NCBI RefSeq assembly: GCF_006345805.1
Contig: NW_021832579.1
Coordinates: 1-60,379, forward strand
From: Octopus sinensis
Lineage: Eukaryota
Direction of reading: 5' to 3'
Length of the DNA: 60,379 nt
Position numbers and translations under genes: made by a program. This document shows positions 26,285 through 39,340 of this stretch, in pieces (position 1 is the stretch's first letter; the number at the start of each line of letters is the position of its first letter). Below the pieces are notes generated by a model. It did no database searches. It was not told where the DNA came from and saw only the letters and a list, made by a program, of their open reading frames with translations.

Positions 26285-26520
26285 GCAAATGGATGAGGAC
26301 ATCTGCATGCATATGGATAAGGACAGCCATGTAAAGAAGTGCCAAGCTCTAAATATGGAGGGTACGTGTGGAAGGGGTGGACCCAGAAAGACATGGGATG
26401 AAGTGGTAAGAAAGGATCTTCAGATGCTGGGCCTCACTGAGCAAATGACAAGGAACCGGGAGATGTGGTGATTTTCTGTCATTTGATAAGACACGTCAAG
26501 CTAAGTAAAACCACTGTCTT
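26285..26520 (+). mobile_element. RTE-clade LINE 3' end
   Basis: VKKCQALNMEGTCGRGGPRKTWDEVVRKDLQMLGLTEQMTRNREMW. Confidence 0.85.
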
Positions 26521-26994
26521 CCATACATACAGGTTTATCCTTTCAGGTGCCAGTGCCACACAAAAGGCACCTGTGCCAGTGCTGCATAGCCACATCTATG
26601 CTGGTGGCACATAAAAAACACCCAGCATATTCTGTTAAGTGGTTGGTGTTAGGATGAGTATCCAGCTGTAGAAGCCATGCAACAACAGACAAATGGAGTG
26701 TGGACAGCATCCATTGACCAACTCCATGTCATACCATCCAACCCATGCCAGCATAGAAAGCAGACATTAAACGATGACGACGATGGTGATATAGTAGTGT
26801 TGGTACTGCATAAGAAACAAGCTTTACATTCTATAAAAAGGGTTGGTGCTAGGAAGCTGTAGAACCTATGCTGAAACAGACAGTAGAGCCTGGTGCAATC
26901 TTCTCGCTTGCCAGCTCTTGTCAAGCTGTCCTACCTGTGTTAGCATGGAAAACAACATGAAATGATGATGATGATAATGACCAATATATATATA

Positions 26995-27682
26995 TACATC
27001 ATTGCCAGAGCAGCTAACTGGCTTCCATGCCAGTGGCACATAAAAGGCACTATTTGAGTGTGATCGTTACCAGTGTCGCCTTACTGGCATTTGAGCCCCA
27101 TGCTAGTAGGGTGCTAAGAGCACCATCCGAGCATGATTGTTGCCAGAGCGGCTAACTGGCTTCCAAGCTGGTGGCACATAGAAGGCACCATTTGAGCGTG
27201 ATCGTTACCAGTATCGCCTTACTGGCACCTGTGCCAGTGGCATGTGTAAAAAGATTCAAGCGAGGTCGTTGCCAGTACTGCCTGACTGACCCCCATGCCG
27301 GTGGCACTTAAAAAGCACCCACTACACTCTCAGAGTGGTTGACATTAGGAAGGGCATCCAGCTGTAGAAACTGCAAGATAAAAATTGGAGCCTGGTGCAG
27401 CCATCTGGTTCGCCAGCCCTCTGTCAAATCATCCAACCCATGCTAGCATGGAAAGCGGACCTTAAACGATGACGATGATGATGACAATATATGTATGTAA
27501 AAAACACCCACTACACTCGCGGAGTGGTTGGCGTTAGGAAGGGCATCCAGCCGTAGAAACACTGCCAGATCTGACCGGGCCTGACGAAGCCTTCCAGCTT
27601 CACAGACCCCAGTTGACCCGTTCAACCCATGCTAGCATGGAGAGCGGACGCTAAATGATAATGATGATGATGATGATGATGT
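26995..27682 (+). mobile_element. Two tandem SINE family B copies abutting the PC2 exon-8 donor; other plus copies at about 15470-15672, 19545-19780, 38985-39507, 46015-46318, 51922-52125
   Basis: aaaagcacccactacactc..ggaagggcatccagc..gatgatgat. Confidence 0.9.
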
Positions 27683-27691
27683 ATATCTTAC

Positions 27692-27867
27692 CTTATTAAC
27701 TCCTTCTACAATTGCTCTCATTGTTAGATTTCGTGGACCATCTACAGTCATACCATCATCAGTGGGACCCCAACTAGCACTATAGATGTCAATTTCGTTT
27801 GGCTTATACCCCATGGCGTTTGCTTCAATCATGTCAGTCATGTAAGGTTGATCTAACATACGCAAAC
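27692..27867 (-). CDS. PCSK2: PC2 exon (vertebrate exon 8 equivalent): GLRMLDQPYMTDMIEANAMG...SASWGPTDDG...GVNK
   Basis: Acceptor ttcag|GT TTG CGT ATG (phase 1), donor AAG|gtaaga, 176 nt. Kexin-family SASWGP motif. Joins the next exon in frame. Confidence 0.97.
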
Positions 27868-28029
27868 CTGAAACGAGGAAAAAAAAAAAGAGAAAAAATC
27901 ACAGATATTAAAATTCAGAAAGAAATTACCTACTAATTGTTATAGTAAAGAATAAAGTATTTTGAATGACACACCAATGTATTATAATACAAACAATGGA
28001 CTATAATAACTGTTGTAATTTAATCATTC

Positions 28030-28207
28030 ATAGGCGCAGGAGTGGCTGTGTGGTAAGTAGCTTGCTAACCAACCACATGGTTCTGGGTTCAGTCCCGCTG
28101 CGTGGCATCTTGGGCAAGTGTCTTCTGCTATAGCCCCGGGCCGACCAATGCCTTGTGAGTGGATTTGGTAGACGGAAACTGAAAGAAGCCTGTCGTATAT
28201 ATGTATA

Positions 28208-28251
<44 letters not shown>

Positions 28252-28466
28252 ATGTGTTTGCGTGTCTCTGTTTGTTCCCCTAGCATTGCTTGACAACCGA
28301 TGCTGGTGTGTTTACGTCCCCGTCACTTAGCGGTTCGGCATAAGAGACCGATAGAATAAGTACTGGGCTTACAAAGAATAAGTCCCGGGGTCGATTTGCT
28401 CGACTAAAGGTGGTGCTCCAGCATGGCCGCAGTCAAATGACTGAAACAAGTAAAAGAGTAAAAGAG
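28030..28466 (+). mobile_element. tRNA-derived SINE family A, full length
   Basis: A-box-like tggctgtgtggtaag, B-box-like ggttcagtccc, internal (TA)(TG) microsatellite, gtaaaaga tail repeats. Confidence 0.9.
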
Positions 28467-29005
28467 AGTCTGATATGATATTTTGGAATAAAATTCCTTC
28501 CTCAGATTTCCCTAGGAATTGATAGAGTTGCTGCTATAATTGGTTTTCCAATGGCTATTCTTTGTTTTTTCGGAAGTGTCTCAGCATTGGTCTCAATGTT
28601 TAGAAAAAAAAAATGGGCACAGAATTAGCAAGTTCCTTTATGACAGAATCATAAAAGATGAGTTTATTTCAATATTTGTCTTCATAATTTACCAATATGG
28701 AGATGAACTGGCAGAACTGTTAGCACGCAGGCAAAATCAAAATGCTTAGCAGCTAATCTGATGCTTCAAGCAAATCATGTGACAAATAAATGCTCCTTTT
28801 TTTTGGTAAACGGCACCCAATGCTTTGTGAGCACATGATGCCAGGTATGCTGGATATGATTTGGAAGGAGGGAAAAAAATGGTTAATATTGTTAAATGCT
28901 ATCCTATTCAAACAATGTTATAGAAGAAAAATGAATCTAGAGGAAACCAAGATTTCTTCTTATGATTATTCATGTTACTGTTGTTGTTGATTATTATTAT
29001 TATTA

Positions 29006-29037
<32 letters not shown>

Positions 29038-29088
29038 GTTGTTGTTATTATTATTATTGTCATTATTATTATTATTATTATTGTAATT

Positions 29089-29501
29089 TTTACTCTTTTT
29101 ACTTGTTTCAGTCATTTGACTGCAGCCATGCTGGAGCACCACCTTTAATCGAGCAAATCGACCCCGGGACTTATTCTTTTGTAAGCCCAGTACTTATTCT
29201 ATCGGTCTCTTTTTGCTGAACCGCTAAGTAACGGGGACGTAAACACACCAGCATCGGTTGTCAAGCAATGCTAGGGGGACAAACACAGACACACAAACAT
29301 ATACACACACACTTACATATATATATACATATATACGACAGGCTTCTTTCAGTTTCCGTCTACCAAATCCACTCACAAGGCATTGGTCGGCCCGGGGTTA
29401 TAGCAGAAGACACTTGCCCAAGATGCCACGCAGTGGGACTGAACCCGGAACCATGTGGTTGGTTAGCAAGCTACTTACCACACAGCCACTCCTGCGCCTA
29501 T
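29089..29501 (-). mobile_element. SINE family A, full length, inverted relative to 28030
   Basis: Near-identical reverse complement of 28030-28466. Confidence 0.9.
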
Positions 29502-29578
29502 GTTGATTATTATTATTATTATTATTATTATTATTGTTGTTGTTATTATTATTGTTATTATTATTATTATTATTATTA

Positions 29579-29610
<32 letters not shown>

Positions 29611-30212
29611 GTTATTATTATTATTATTATTGTTATTATTATTATTATTATTGTAATGGTTATAAAAAGAGATGAATTTAACTCGTTATACTGAATATTA
29701 TGTAATGGTAGTTAATTCTGCAAGAGAAAAAGCAACTGAACAAAGAACAGAATGCAGTCAAGAGGCTGCAACAAAGAATACACAAGTAGTAGTAGTAGTA
29801 GAAGTAGTAGTAGTAGTAGTAGTAGCAGCAGCATCACTAACAGCAGCAGAAATAATAACAACTAGAAATTGCATGATAAAATTTTCAATTCTGTTCATAT
29901 TTCTCAAAAAGAGAAAATAAATTCTCTTTTTTTTGTGATTTCAAATGAAATATCAAAGTACTTTTTGAATAGAACTGAGTGAAGGAGAGTAACAAAATGT
30001 TGTTTTTTTTTCTTTTTTCCCACTATTTATCACATTCTCCTTATTTTCTGAAAAATTAATTTCAAGAGGAATGGAAATTCAAATACGATAAAATTAATAG
30101 AAATTATATCAAAAGTTAATATCAATGCAGCCATTTTTTTAATGAAAATGCATTTGGTTAGGTTTGTACAGTATTAAAGACGAGGTACAAAAATAAATAA
30201 ATAAATAAAGGA

Positions 30213-30249
<37 letters not shown>

Positions 30250-30356
30250 CCTCATTGGCAATGTAGCAATTACACTGAATGAGAATGAGTTCAAATCCTG
30301 CAGATGTATCTACATTATTAACACTTGCTTACTTTTAATATGTGATGTTGCCTCAA

Positions 30357-30577
30357 CCCTTTTGATACCAGCCCCGCTTAAACTGCCTCTGGCTCTGTAG
30401 TACAAATGTTTTGTTTTCATAAGTTTTGAATTAAAATCTTCCCCCAAACCTTAGTCACAATTTATGTTCCCAACACTAGCTTAATGATGAGTAAGTTATT
30501 TTACTAAACTCTTTGTTATATTTAAAATAATTGAAAGAAACACAGAGCATCTCAACAGAAATACAGTAACGAAAGAG
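30357..30577. mobile_element. piggyBac-like MITE, family 2
   Basis: ccctttt gatacc ... gtaacgaaagag|TTAA; homologous to 31676-31889. Confidence 0.7.
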
Positions 30578-30963
30578 TTAAAGCAGTCAACTGGCAGAAT
30601 CATTAGCACATTGGCCGAAATGCTTGGTGGCATCTTGTCTGGCTTTATGTTCCATGTTCAAATTCTGATCATGCTGACTTTACCTTTCATGCTTTTGGTG
30701 TCAATGAAGTACCAGTTAAGCAGGAGGCGCTGATGTAATCGACATGCCCCATCCACTGAAATTGATGGCCTTGTGTCAAAATTTGAAACTACCATGTAAA
30801 TATGCCATTTTATAAATGCATACTTATGTAGATACTGGTGTATTTGAATATAGACTGGTAGAGTGTTAGAGTGTATGTGAATTCTTTTATACAGAGCATT
30901 TTCAATCATCAATTATGTATTTGTGCATAACATTAATTGTATGTGTATGTATGAGTGTATATA

Positions 30964-30994
<31 letters not shown>

Positions 30995-31201
30995 TTCATC
31001 ATGTTGGACTGTTAATCACGACACATTTTTTCTCTCTCTGTTTTTTTCATTTTCTCTTAACCATTTCTATCGAAGAGTGTAGGCTTGAAACAAAACGTAA
31101 AAGACCCTTCCATTCTTGCCAAGCATTAAACTAATACACCTGTTTGTTGTTGCTACACCTGTCTTTGTCTTTTGTTTTCTGTAAATTTGAATTATATATA
31201 T

Positions 31202-31670
31202 TCAGGGTGTGGTGAATGAATTGTCCAAATTATGCAAAAATTAAAACACTGACATTTCATTTTAACTGATATATTTACCAAAATTACATAAAAATATCTT
31301 GAAATACTAATGTGCAAATTTATTCAATAAAATCGCCATTGGCTTCAAATACAGCCTCCAGACGACTTTAGAATTTCCTACAAATTCTTCTGGATGATCT
31401 CCTTATTTAAGTTAGTGAATGCTGCCATAATCTTTGCCTTCAGTTCATCATTGGTGTTACAAGGAGTTTTGATGGTCTCTCTCACTCAATCAAACCAACA
31501 GACATGCCATTTGAGTTCAAACAAACACAATTCCTAGTGTGATACTGCTTCTTAATGTCCATTAATAAAGCTCATGGTCAGACTTGGTTTGCACATAATT
31601 GAGCCTTGCTTTTCTCATGGTCAACTTTATGTTGGTTGCTTCAGGGTTGGTAGTTTGCAAGACTTATTTG
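31202..31670 (-). mobile_element. Tc1/mariner (maT/DD37D-like) transposase C-terminus plus one TIR
   Basis: KTPCNTNDELKAKIMAAFTNLNKE and SRLEAVFEANGDFIE*; end reads TA-tract then CAGGGTG. Confidence 0.7.
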
Positions 31671-31675
31671 TTTAA

Positions 31676-31889
31676 CCCTTTCGTTACCAACCCGGCTGAA
31701 ACTGGCTCTAAGTAGAACTGTCTTGTTTTCATAAGTTTTGAATTAAAATCTTCCACCAAACCTGAGAAACAATTTATGTTCCTAACACTGGCTGAATGAT
31801 AACTAAGTTATTTTACTAAATTCTTGGTTATATTTAAAGTAATTGAAAGAAAAACAGAGCATCTCAAAATAAATACAGTAATGAAATGG
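31676..31889. mobile_element. piggyBac-like MITE, family 2
   Basis: TTAA|CCCTTTCGTTAC ... GTAATGAAATGG|TTAA. Confidence 0.8.
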
Positions 31890-32244
31890 TTAAGCACCAA
31901 ACCAGAAAGTAGAAAATTTTGTTTATTCAGAAACTCTTACATAATTTCCTTCAACACATGTGATAGAATTTATCACCCTTCATAAAAGTGGTAAATTTTG
32001 TATTTTGAATTCCGAATTGATTTCCCAGTTGAAGAATAAATTGAATTTAGAATAACAAATTTCTATGCAAGCAACATATTTTGCTTTTTTCTTCTAATAT
32101 ATAAGGAACAATTTCATTTCCAGGCAATACTGGGTGCCTCTTCTAGTATGTATGTATGTATGTATGTATACATACATATGCACATACATACATACATATG
32201 CACATACATACATGCATACATACATGCATACATACATATATGTG

Positions 32245-32343
<99 letters not shown>

Positions 32344-32635
32344 TATGTGTGTATATGCATATATGTGTGTCTATGTGTATAGATTCGTATGTAAAAACAT
32401 GAACAAGAGTGGGGAAAATCACATCTTTATTTGATGCTTTAACCATACATTACCGACAGTCGTTACTATCGTCCCAGTATATTTTGATATAACAAACATT
32501 TACAAAACACCAGTCAAACCTATATATCCAAAAGTTTATGCTAACACAATATTATCAACATAACCCGAAACAGATGAAACTCAATGCAAACTGTATTAAT
32601 GTATGTATGTATGTATGTATGTATGTATACTATAG

Positions 32636-32836
32636 CAGTGCTTTCCAAACTTTTTGCTGGAGCGGAACCCCAAGGAAACATTCCACTGGCTCGAGGAACC
32701 CCTGTGCAATAATTTAATAGTTTTATGCACACATATCTGCACAGGAGAATTAAAAATTACTGCCGATTTTAGCAGTTTTGTAACTTCTTGCGGAACCCCG
32801 GGACTGTACTGGCGGAACCCTGGTTGAAAACCACTG
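32636..32836. mobile_element. hAT-type MITE
   Basis: TIRs cagtgctttccaaac / ggttgaaaaccactg; perfect 8-bp TSD TACTATAG on both sides. Confidence 0.9.
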
Positions 32837-33327
32837 TACTATAGACACAAATGCATGTATACATAGACATAAATATACATAGGCCCAAGTCAAAATTTGT
32901 CTACTGCTGACAGCCTGAGTAGGCTGAAGTTTATCCTGATTTCTATGTTTAAGAGACTGAAAGCTCAAGATGTGCCCTTGAATGGAGCACCAGTTCTTGG
33001 TAGTTAGCTCTAATACCTAGCTTCTGCTAGTACTCATATCATGCTGAGTAGACTCAGCAAGATGATGGGTCTGAGTGTTATTTGTGCACATGAAACGTCC
33101 TTGAAATCCCCACATTTGATAATCAGTACTTATTAAATAAACAAGATGAAATACTTATCAAATGTAAACAACAGAATGAAGTGTTTATCTGTAATTACAT
33201 TGTGAATGATTAATAATTAATTAATCATTAATAGAGCTAACAAATCTTTGATGATTCATTGTAAAGAGGAAACCTATTTACTATTGTGAAATAGGTTACT
33301 TGCTTGCTATAAAGAAAATGACCAGTA

Positions 33328-33371
<44 letters not shown>

Positions 33372-33480
33372 AACATTCACCTTTTACCGAACTTCAAACT
33401 AATATAATTCTTGTGTATGTCTACACATTTGTTTTTCTCTTTTTGTTTTTCCATTCTTTGGTCATTGAACTGACTATATG

Positions 33481-33513
<33 letters not shown>

Positions 33514-33521
33514 GTATATAT

Positions 33522-33552
<31 letters not shown>

Positions 33553-33659
33553 GTATATATATATATTGAGATAAATATATATATATGTGACCGCGTGTGT
33601 ACCGTTGGCGATTTTTTTTTCCTCCATCTTCCCTTCTCTGGATATTTCCTTTTTCCTAT

Positions 33660-33694
33660 GTTTCTGACGAAGAGCTCCGCTTGAAACGTTAAAC
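33660..33694 (+). ncRNA. Minimal type I hammerhead ribozyme motif in a Penelope-like terminal repeat (about 33586-33800)
   Basis: GTTT-CTGACGA-agagctccgctt-GAAA-CGTT-AAAC: intact core, helix I GUUU/AAAC, helix II gagc/gcuu, palindromic AACGUU helix III. Confidence 0.6.
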
Positions 33695-33791
33695 CCTCCT
33701 TCTTTCCTTCCTTCCCGAGCGTCCAATAATACTATATTTGTTCCACGTCCTCACGTTGTTGTGTTTTCTCTTTGTGTTTTCATGTTTGGAT

Positions 33792-33843
<52 letters not shown>

Positions 33844-36800
33844 TATTGAGATAAATATACTTATAATTATTTCTTTATTGCCCACAAGGGGCTAAACAGA
33901 GCAAACAAACAAGGACGAACCAAGGGATTAAGTCGATTACTTCGACCCCAGTGTGTAACTGGTACTTATTTAATCGACCCCGAAAGGATGAAAGGCAAAG
34001 TCAACCTCAGCAGAATTTGAACTCAGAATGTAACGGCAGATGAAATACCAGTAAGCATTTCACCCAATGCTGCCAGCTCTCTGCCCTGTTGAGATAAATA
34101 TATTGAGACACACACACACATGTGCATTTGATGGTTGGCAGAGAGATCGTTTCAACTGGCTGGCATTTGGCAATGATTTGCCAGTAAAAACAATCATTGT
34201 ACTATCTTTTAAACTCTACACTAGTTTCACACATACAATAATAAAGTTGAAAGTAGTGCACAAAGACTGAACCAAATTCAATAAAGATAATAGACTACAC
34301 TCAAACACATGCAAGAATTTTTTTTTTAAATTGGATTCCAAGGTACAAATATAAGTCACATAAATATAGCTTTGAAAAACCCTTTTGGATAGAAAAAATA
34401 AAAGGTTGCCCATAAGACACAAACCCACGTACTTGATGTCAAGATATATATTATTTAATACAAGCATTTGCGCAGCAATATGCTAAGTAGTAGCTAGTAG
34501 CTATTTACAGTATATTCTGACCCAGACAGAATGAAATTGCTGTCATTACTCTAATTTTTTATGTAGTCAAGAATGAGCAAATCGATCTCTGAAGAGAGGT
34601 ATTATCAATAAATACTTAAACTAGTCGAGTCAAATATATTTTCTGTCCACAGAATATCTACTTTCCATATCAAGTCTAAATGTATATGCATTTCTTACTT
34701 CTTTATTGCCGACAAGGGGCTAAACATAGAGGGGACAAACAAGGACAGACAAAGGGATTAAGTCGATTACACTGACCCCAGTGCATAACTGGTACTTAAT
34801 TTATCGACCCCGAAAGAATGAAAGGCAAAGTCGATCTCGGCGAAATTTGAACTCAGAGCATACACATTTGTGAGTGTGCATCTATCTATCTTTCAGCTTG
34901 CCTGCCTGCCCAACCATCCATCCATCCATCCATCTGTCTATTTCTCTGCCTATCTACCTATCTATCTATTTCTTATTTCTTTAGGGGCTAAACATAGAAG
35001 GGACAAACAAAGTGATTAAGTCGATTACATCGACCCCAGTGCATAACTGTTACTTGATTTATCGACCCCGAAAGGATAAAAGGCAAAGTTGACCTCAGTG
35101 GAATTTGAACTCAAAACGCAGTGGCAGATGAAATACCACAAACCATTTCACCTGGCATGCTAACATCTCTGCCAGCTCGCCGTCTTCCACACAGTTTCTA
35201 CCAATCAAATTCACCCAGAAGGTATTACTTGATCTGAGACTATATTAGAAGACATTTATCCATAGTACAATGCTGTGGAATTGAACCTGGAACCATGTTG
35301 TTTCAAAGTGACCGTCTTAATCACACAGCCTTGGCTGTACATATTCAAGATTCATATTTACTTTCATTCAAGGCAGCTTTATTCTAATTATCAGTTCCAT
35401 TTAATGAATCTAGAATTACCTTATAATTATCATCATCATCATCATCGTCATCGTTTAACGTCCGTTTTCCGCGATAGCACGGGTTGGACGGTTTCAACCG
35501 GGGTCTGGGGAGCTAGGGACTGCCCCAGGCTCCAGTCTAGTCTGGCAGAGTTTCTACAGCTGGATGCCCTTCCTAACGCCAACCACTCCGCGAGTGTAGT
35601 GGGTGTTTTTTACGTGCCACCTGCACAGGTGCCAGAGGGGTCTGGCATCGGCCACATTTGGATGGTGCTTTTTATGTGGGGGGGGGGGGGGTGCAGAAAT
35701 ATAGGGGAGCACCAGTGGGGAAGGGTGGTTCAGAGAAATGATGACAGGTTCTAGGCAAGTAGAACATAGGATATCAAGAGAGGGGTAATGCATGGTGAAA
35801 TAGCGTATTGAAGAGGGGGGTTCGAAGAGTAGACACCTATTATGGTGGTGGGAGAAGCGACATCCGGTATGGATGGAGCAAAAATATAGAGATATCCGGT
35901 ATTGGTGGTGGGGGTGGGCAGGGCGGGTGCAACGCGAATACACGATGGTTGATGAATACACGAGAGATTTCAGCTAGTTACTACGATAATTACAGTGTAG
36001 TTGACATATAAAAGTTTTAAACTTTGGTGTGTATATATATATATATATCTATAGGGAGAATTCACAAAAAAGACAAAAGACGAAGACAGGTGTTGTAGAG
36101 AACAAACAGATGTATTAATATAATGCTTGGGAGGCGAAAAAAATCTTTAACGTTCCATGTCCCTGTAACCTATAGGTTCAACAAAAGGGATTGATAGAAT
36201 ATATAGCATATATAAAAGAGACATAAGTACTGAAGTTGATTTGTCCAACTAAAACCCTACAAGTTGGTGCCATCTCATGGCTGCAGCCCAGTGAGTAGAA
36301 CAAGGAGAAAAATATTTCAATTCTGGTCATGATAAGATCTAATAAATATCGTAAGCCAAAGAACGGTGTGTGAGGATATTTAGAAAGAAAATGGAATGAA
36401 ATTTTGGTTTATCAAGGATAGTTAGAAAGAAGCAGCTACTTAAAACAGAAGAATTAAACATTTTCTTACAGCTTGAAAATGGAAATGATAAGTTATAACA
36501 AAATAATTAGTTGGATAATGGGATTATAAAGTAAGATGAAAAGGCAATAACCAGTACAAGAAAACTTGAAAATGAGATTATTTTGCGATAAGCATAGATG
36601 AAAACGGTAATGAAGTTTATTGTGTGCTTAGCGATAAATTGTTTCAATCCAATTTATGTTTATTTGTCTTGAATAGCAGTATAATTCTATGAAGGATACC
36701 AATCAAATATTGGTATCTATGTAATTGATGACAGTATAACCCACTTACTGAGAAAAAGAACCCATATCCCGCCTCTGCAAACACGGTAATTTTTTTCTTA

Positions 36801-36904
36801 TTTTAGAAAATTAGATTAATAGTAAATTATCTTGTATGATTCTAGCAAAGATGGTAAAATAAACATTATACTGATATACGTATTATTATTATTATTATTG
36901 TTAT

Positions 36905-37458
36905 CATTATTACTGAGTGAGAGAGCAGTGCATACCATCAAAGTGACACTGGGGTAAAATATATGAAGCCCAGTATACCCATCATGACAACCCGTCCGAT
37001 AAGGGTACACCAGGCACATGCATCACAGCCATATGTGCATGGCATGGTGATCTCATATCAAGATAAACAGCACATGACCCTGCAGGTGGGGCTCAGTTGG
37101 AATTTTCTTAAGGTCGAGTAACCCATCTCACTCAAAAGGTCCTTGAATAAGGGTTGTTTAAGCTTGTTGAACGAACTATCCATGTTTCCAAAGGTGAATT
37201 ATCCAAACCTCTAAGAATTCCTTTCAAAACACAGCTATGATGCTCCCCCACTACTTCCACTCATGATCAGAGATGCACATATCGTCAGCCACTAAGGGAC
37301 ATGGTCAACTGGTTAAGGTCAAACAATTGACAAGCAAATCTGTGGTATTAAGCAGAATATTTGCTGTAGCCCATCTTTTATACCAAGACTTAACAATGTA
37401 CATGATAACACTTCCAATCAGAAGCCATGAGAGCCATTGCCTGGTACTGCATCAGGGC

Positions 37459-37470
<12 letters not shown>
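36905..37470 (+). mobile_element. About 560-bp repeat family E embedded in (TAT)n; opposite-strand copy at about 40335-40860
   Basis: Shared tgagtgagagagcag..catcaaagtgac, caccagg/atgcatcac, ggttaaggtcaaacaa blocks; both flanked by TAA/TTA runs. Confidence 0.8.
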
Positions 37471-37492
<22 letters not shown>

Positions 37493-39004
37493 GGTGGCAA
37501 GTTTTGGTATTCTTTTACTCTTTTACTTGTTTCAGTCATTTGATTGTGGCCATGCTAGAGCACCATCTTTAGTCAAGCAAATGAACCCCAGGACTTATTC
37601 TTTGTAAGCCTAGTACTTATTCTATCAGCCTCTTTTGTCAAACCACTAAGTTACTGGGATGTAAACACACCAGCATCAGTTTCAAGCAATGTTGTGTGGG
37701 GAACAAACACAGACACACAAACATATACACACACAGACGCATGCACGCGTACACACACACACATATAACAGGCTTCTTTCAGTTTCTTTCTACCAAATTC
37801 ACTCACAAGGTTTTAGTTGGCCTGAGGCTATAGTGGAAGACACTTGCCCAAGGTGTCACACAGTGGGACTGAACCTGGAACCATGTGGTTGGTAAGCAAG
37901 CTACTTACCACACAGCCACTCCTGCACGTATGCTGACCTGTTTAATTATGTCAAGTGAAAGTGTATGGCTTAGATGTTAGAGTATTTGGTTCACGATCCT
38001 AAGATTGTGAGTTCAATTCCTGGTGGTGTGTTGTGTCCTTGAGCAAGACACTTTATTTCACATTGCTCCAGTCCACTCAACTGGCAAAAGTGAGTTGTAC
38101 CTGTAAATGAAAGGGGCCAGACTTGTCACATTCTGTCACACTGAATCTCCCTGACAACTACGTTAAGGGTATGTATGTCTGTGGAGTACTCAGCCACTTG
38201 CACATTAATTTTATGAGCAAGCTGTTCCATTGATCGGATCAATTGAAACCCTCATTGTTGTAACTGACGGAGTTTTAAAATTATGTCAAAAATGTTGCCA
38301 TATTCAAGACCACATCAGCAAGCATATGAGATTATCAGTTGAGATTATCTTGTCGTTTGCTCTTACTCAAGTGCTGGCATTGTAAAGTGGAAATTAAATG
38401 ATGATTTTTGTAATTGATTCAGTATAGAAAAAAAAAAGAAATAGAAAATTTCTGTGATTTCTTCTTTTAATTTCCTCCTCATCTGTTGCACTCACACTAA
38501 AAAAAAAAAAAATAAAAAAAATAAAAAAAACTATGCTGGATTAGCAAAATTATCAGTTTTGCAAAAAAATTTCCTTGCAGTATTTACTCTGGCTCTTAAC
38601 ATTTCCAAATGCAATTCCAGTCCAAATCAACTTTGCCTTTGACATGTGATTTTGACATGTGATTTTTGCAACAAACAGCTCAATAATCATGGAATATTTT
38701 TTTTTATTTTTCGTTTTCTTTTCTTTTTTTTGTTTTGCAAAAATCTGTTTCGGGGTCTGCTGAATTCTTATAAGTCATCAATAACAATGGATGATAACAG
38801 TGTGTGCAAAGAAAATTGTATTGTTGATGAAATTGGTAAGAAACAGCAGTTAGCTATTGAAAAAACAAAACAACAACAACAACCCCAACCCCTATAAATA
38901 GAAGAAAAGAAAGCAATTATGTCAATTCTATGCTTTTGTATACATAAATCAAAACAAATCAAAATAGATGAACATCAATGGAATTTGTATCTTTGTGGTA
39001 CCAG

Positions 39005-39340
39005 TGCCGGTGGCACACAAGAAAACCATCCGAACGTGGCCGTAGCCAGTACCGCATCGACTGGCCTCCGTGCTGTGGGCATGTAACAAACACCATCCGA
39101 TCGTGGCCGTTCGCCAGCCTCATCTGGCACCTGTGTCGGTGGCACATAAAAAACACCATCCGAGCGTGGCCGTCTGCCAGCCTCGTCTGGCACCTGTGTC
39201 GGTGGCACATAAAAAACACCATCCGAGCGTGGCCGTCTGCCAGCCTCGTCTGGCACCTGTGTCGGTGGCACATAAAAAACACCATCCGAGCGTGGCCGTT
39301 CGCCAGCCTCGTCTGGCACCTGTGTCGGTGGCACATAAAA
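39005..39340. repeat. 63-bp tandem repeat (about 5 units) inside a SINE
   Basis: Unit gtgtcggtggcacataaaaaacaccatccgagcgtggccgtctgccagcctcgtctggcacct. Confidence 0.95.

Noticed and set aside
29500-29694. Poly-Ile, poly-Tyr and poly-His ORFs (also 9296-9638, 28962-29219, 40303-40503)
   Set aside because: They are (TTA)n, (CAC)n and (TAA)n trinucleotide microsatellites.
38787-38835. Plus-strand mini-exon MDDNSVCKENCIVDEI ending at G|gtaag
   Set aside because: Only 16 codons and no partner exon identified on that strand.
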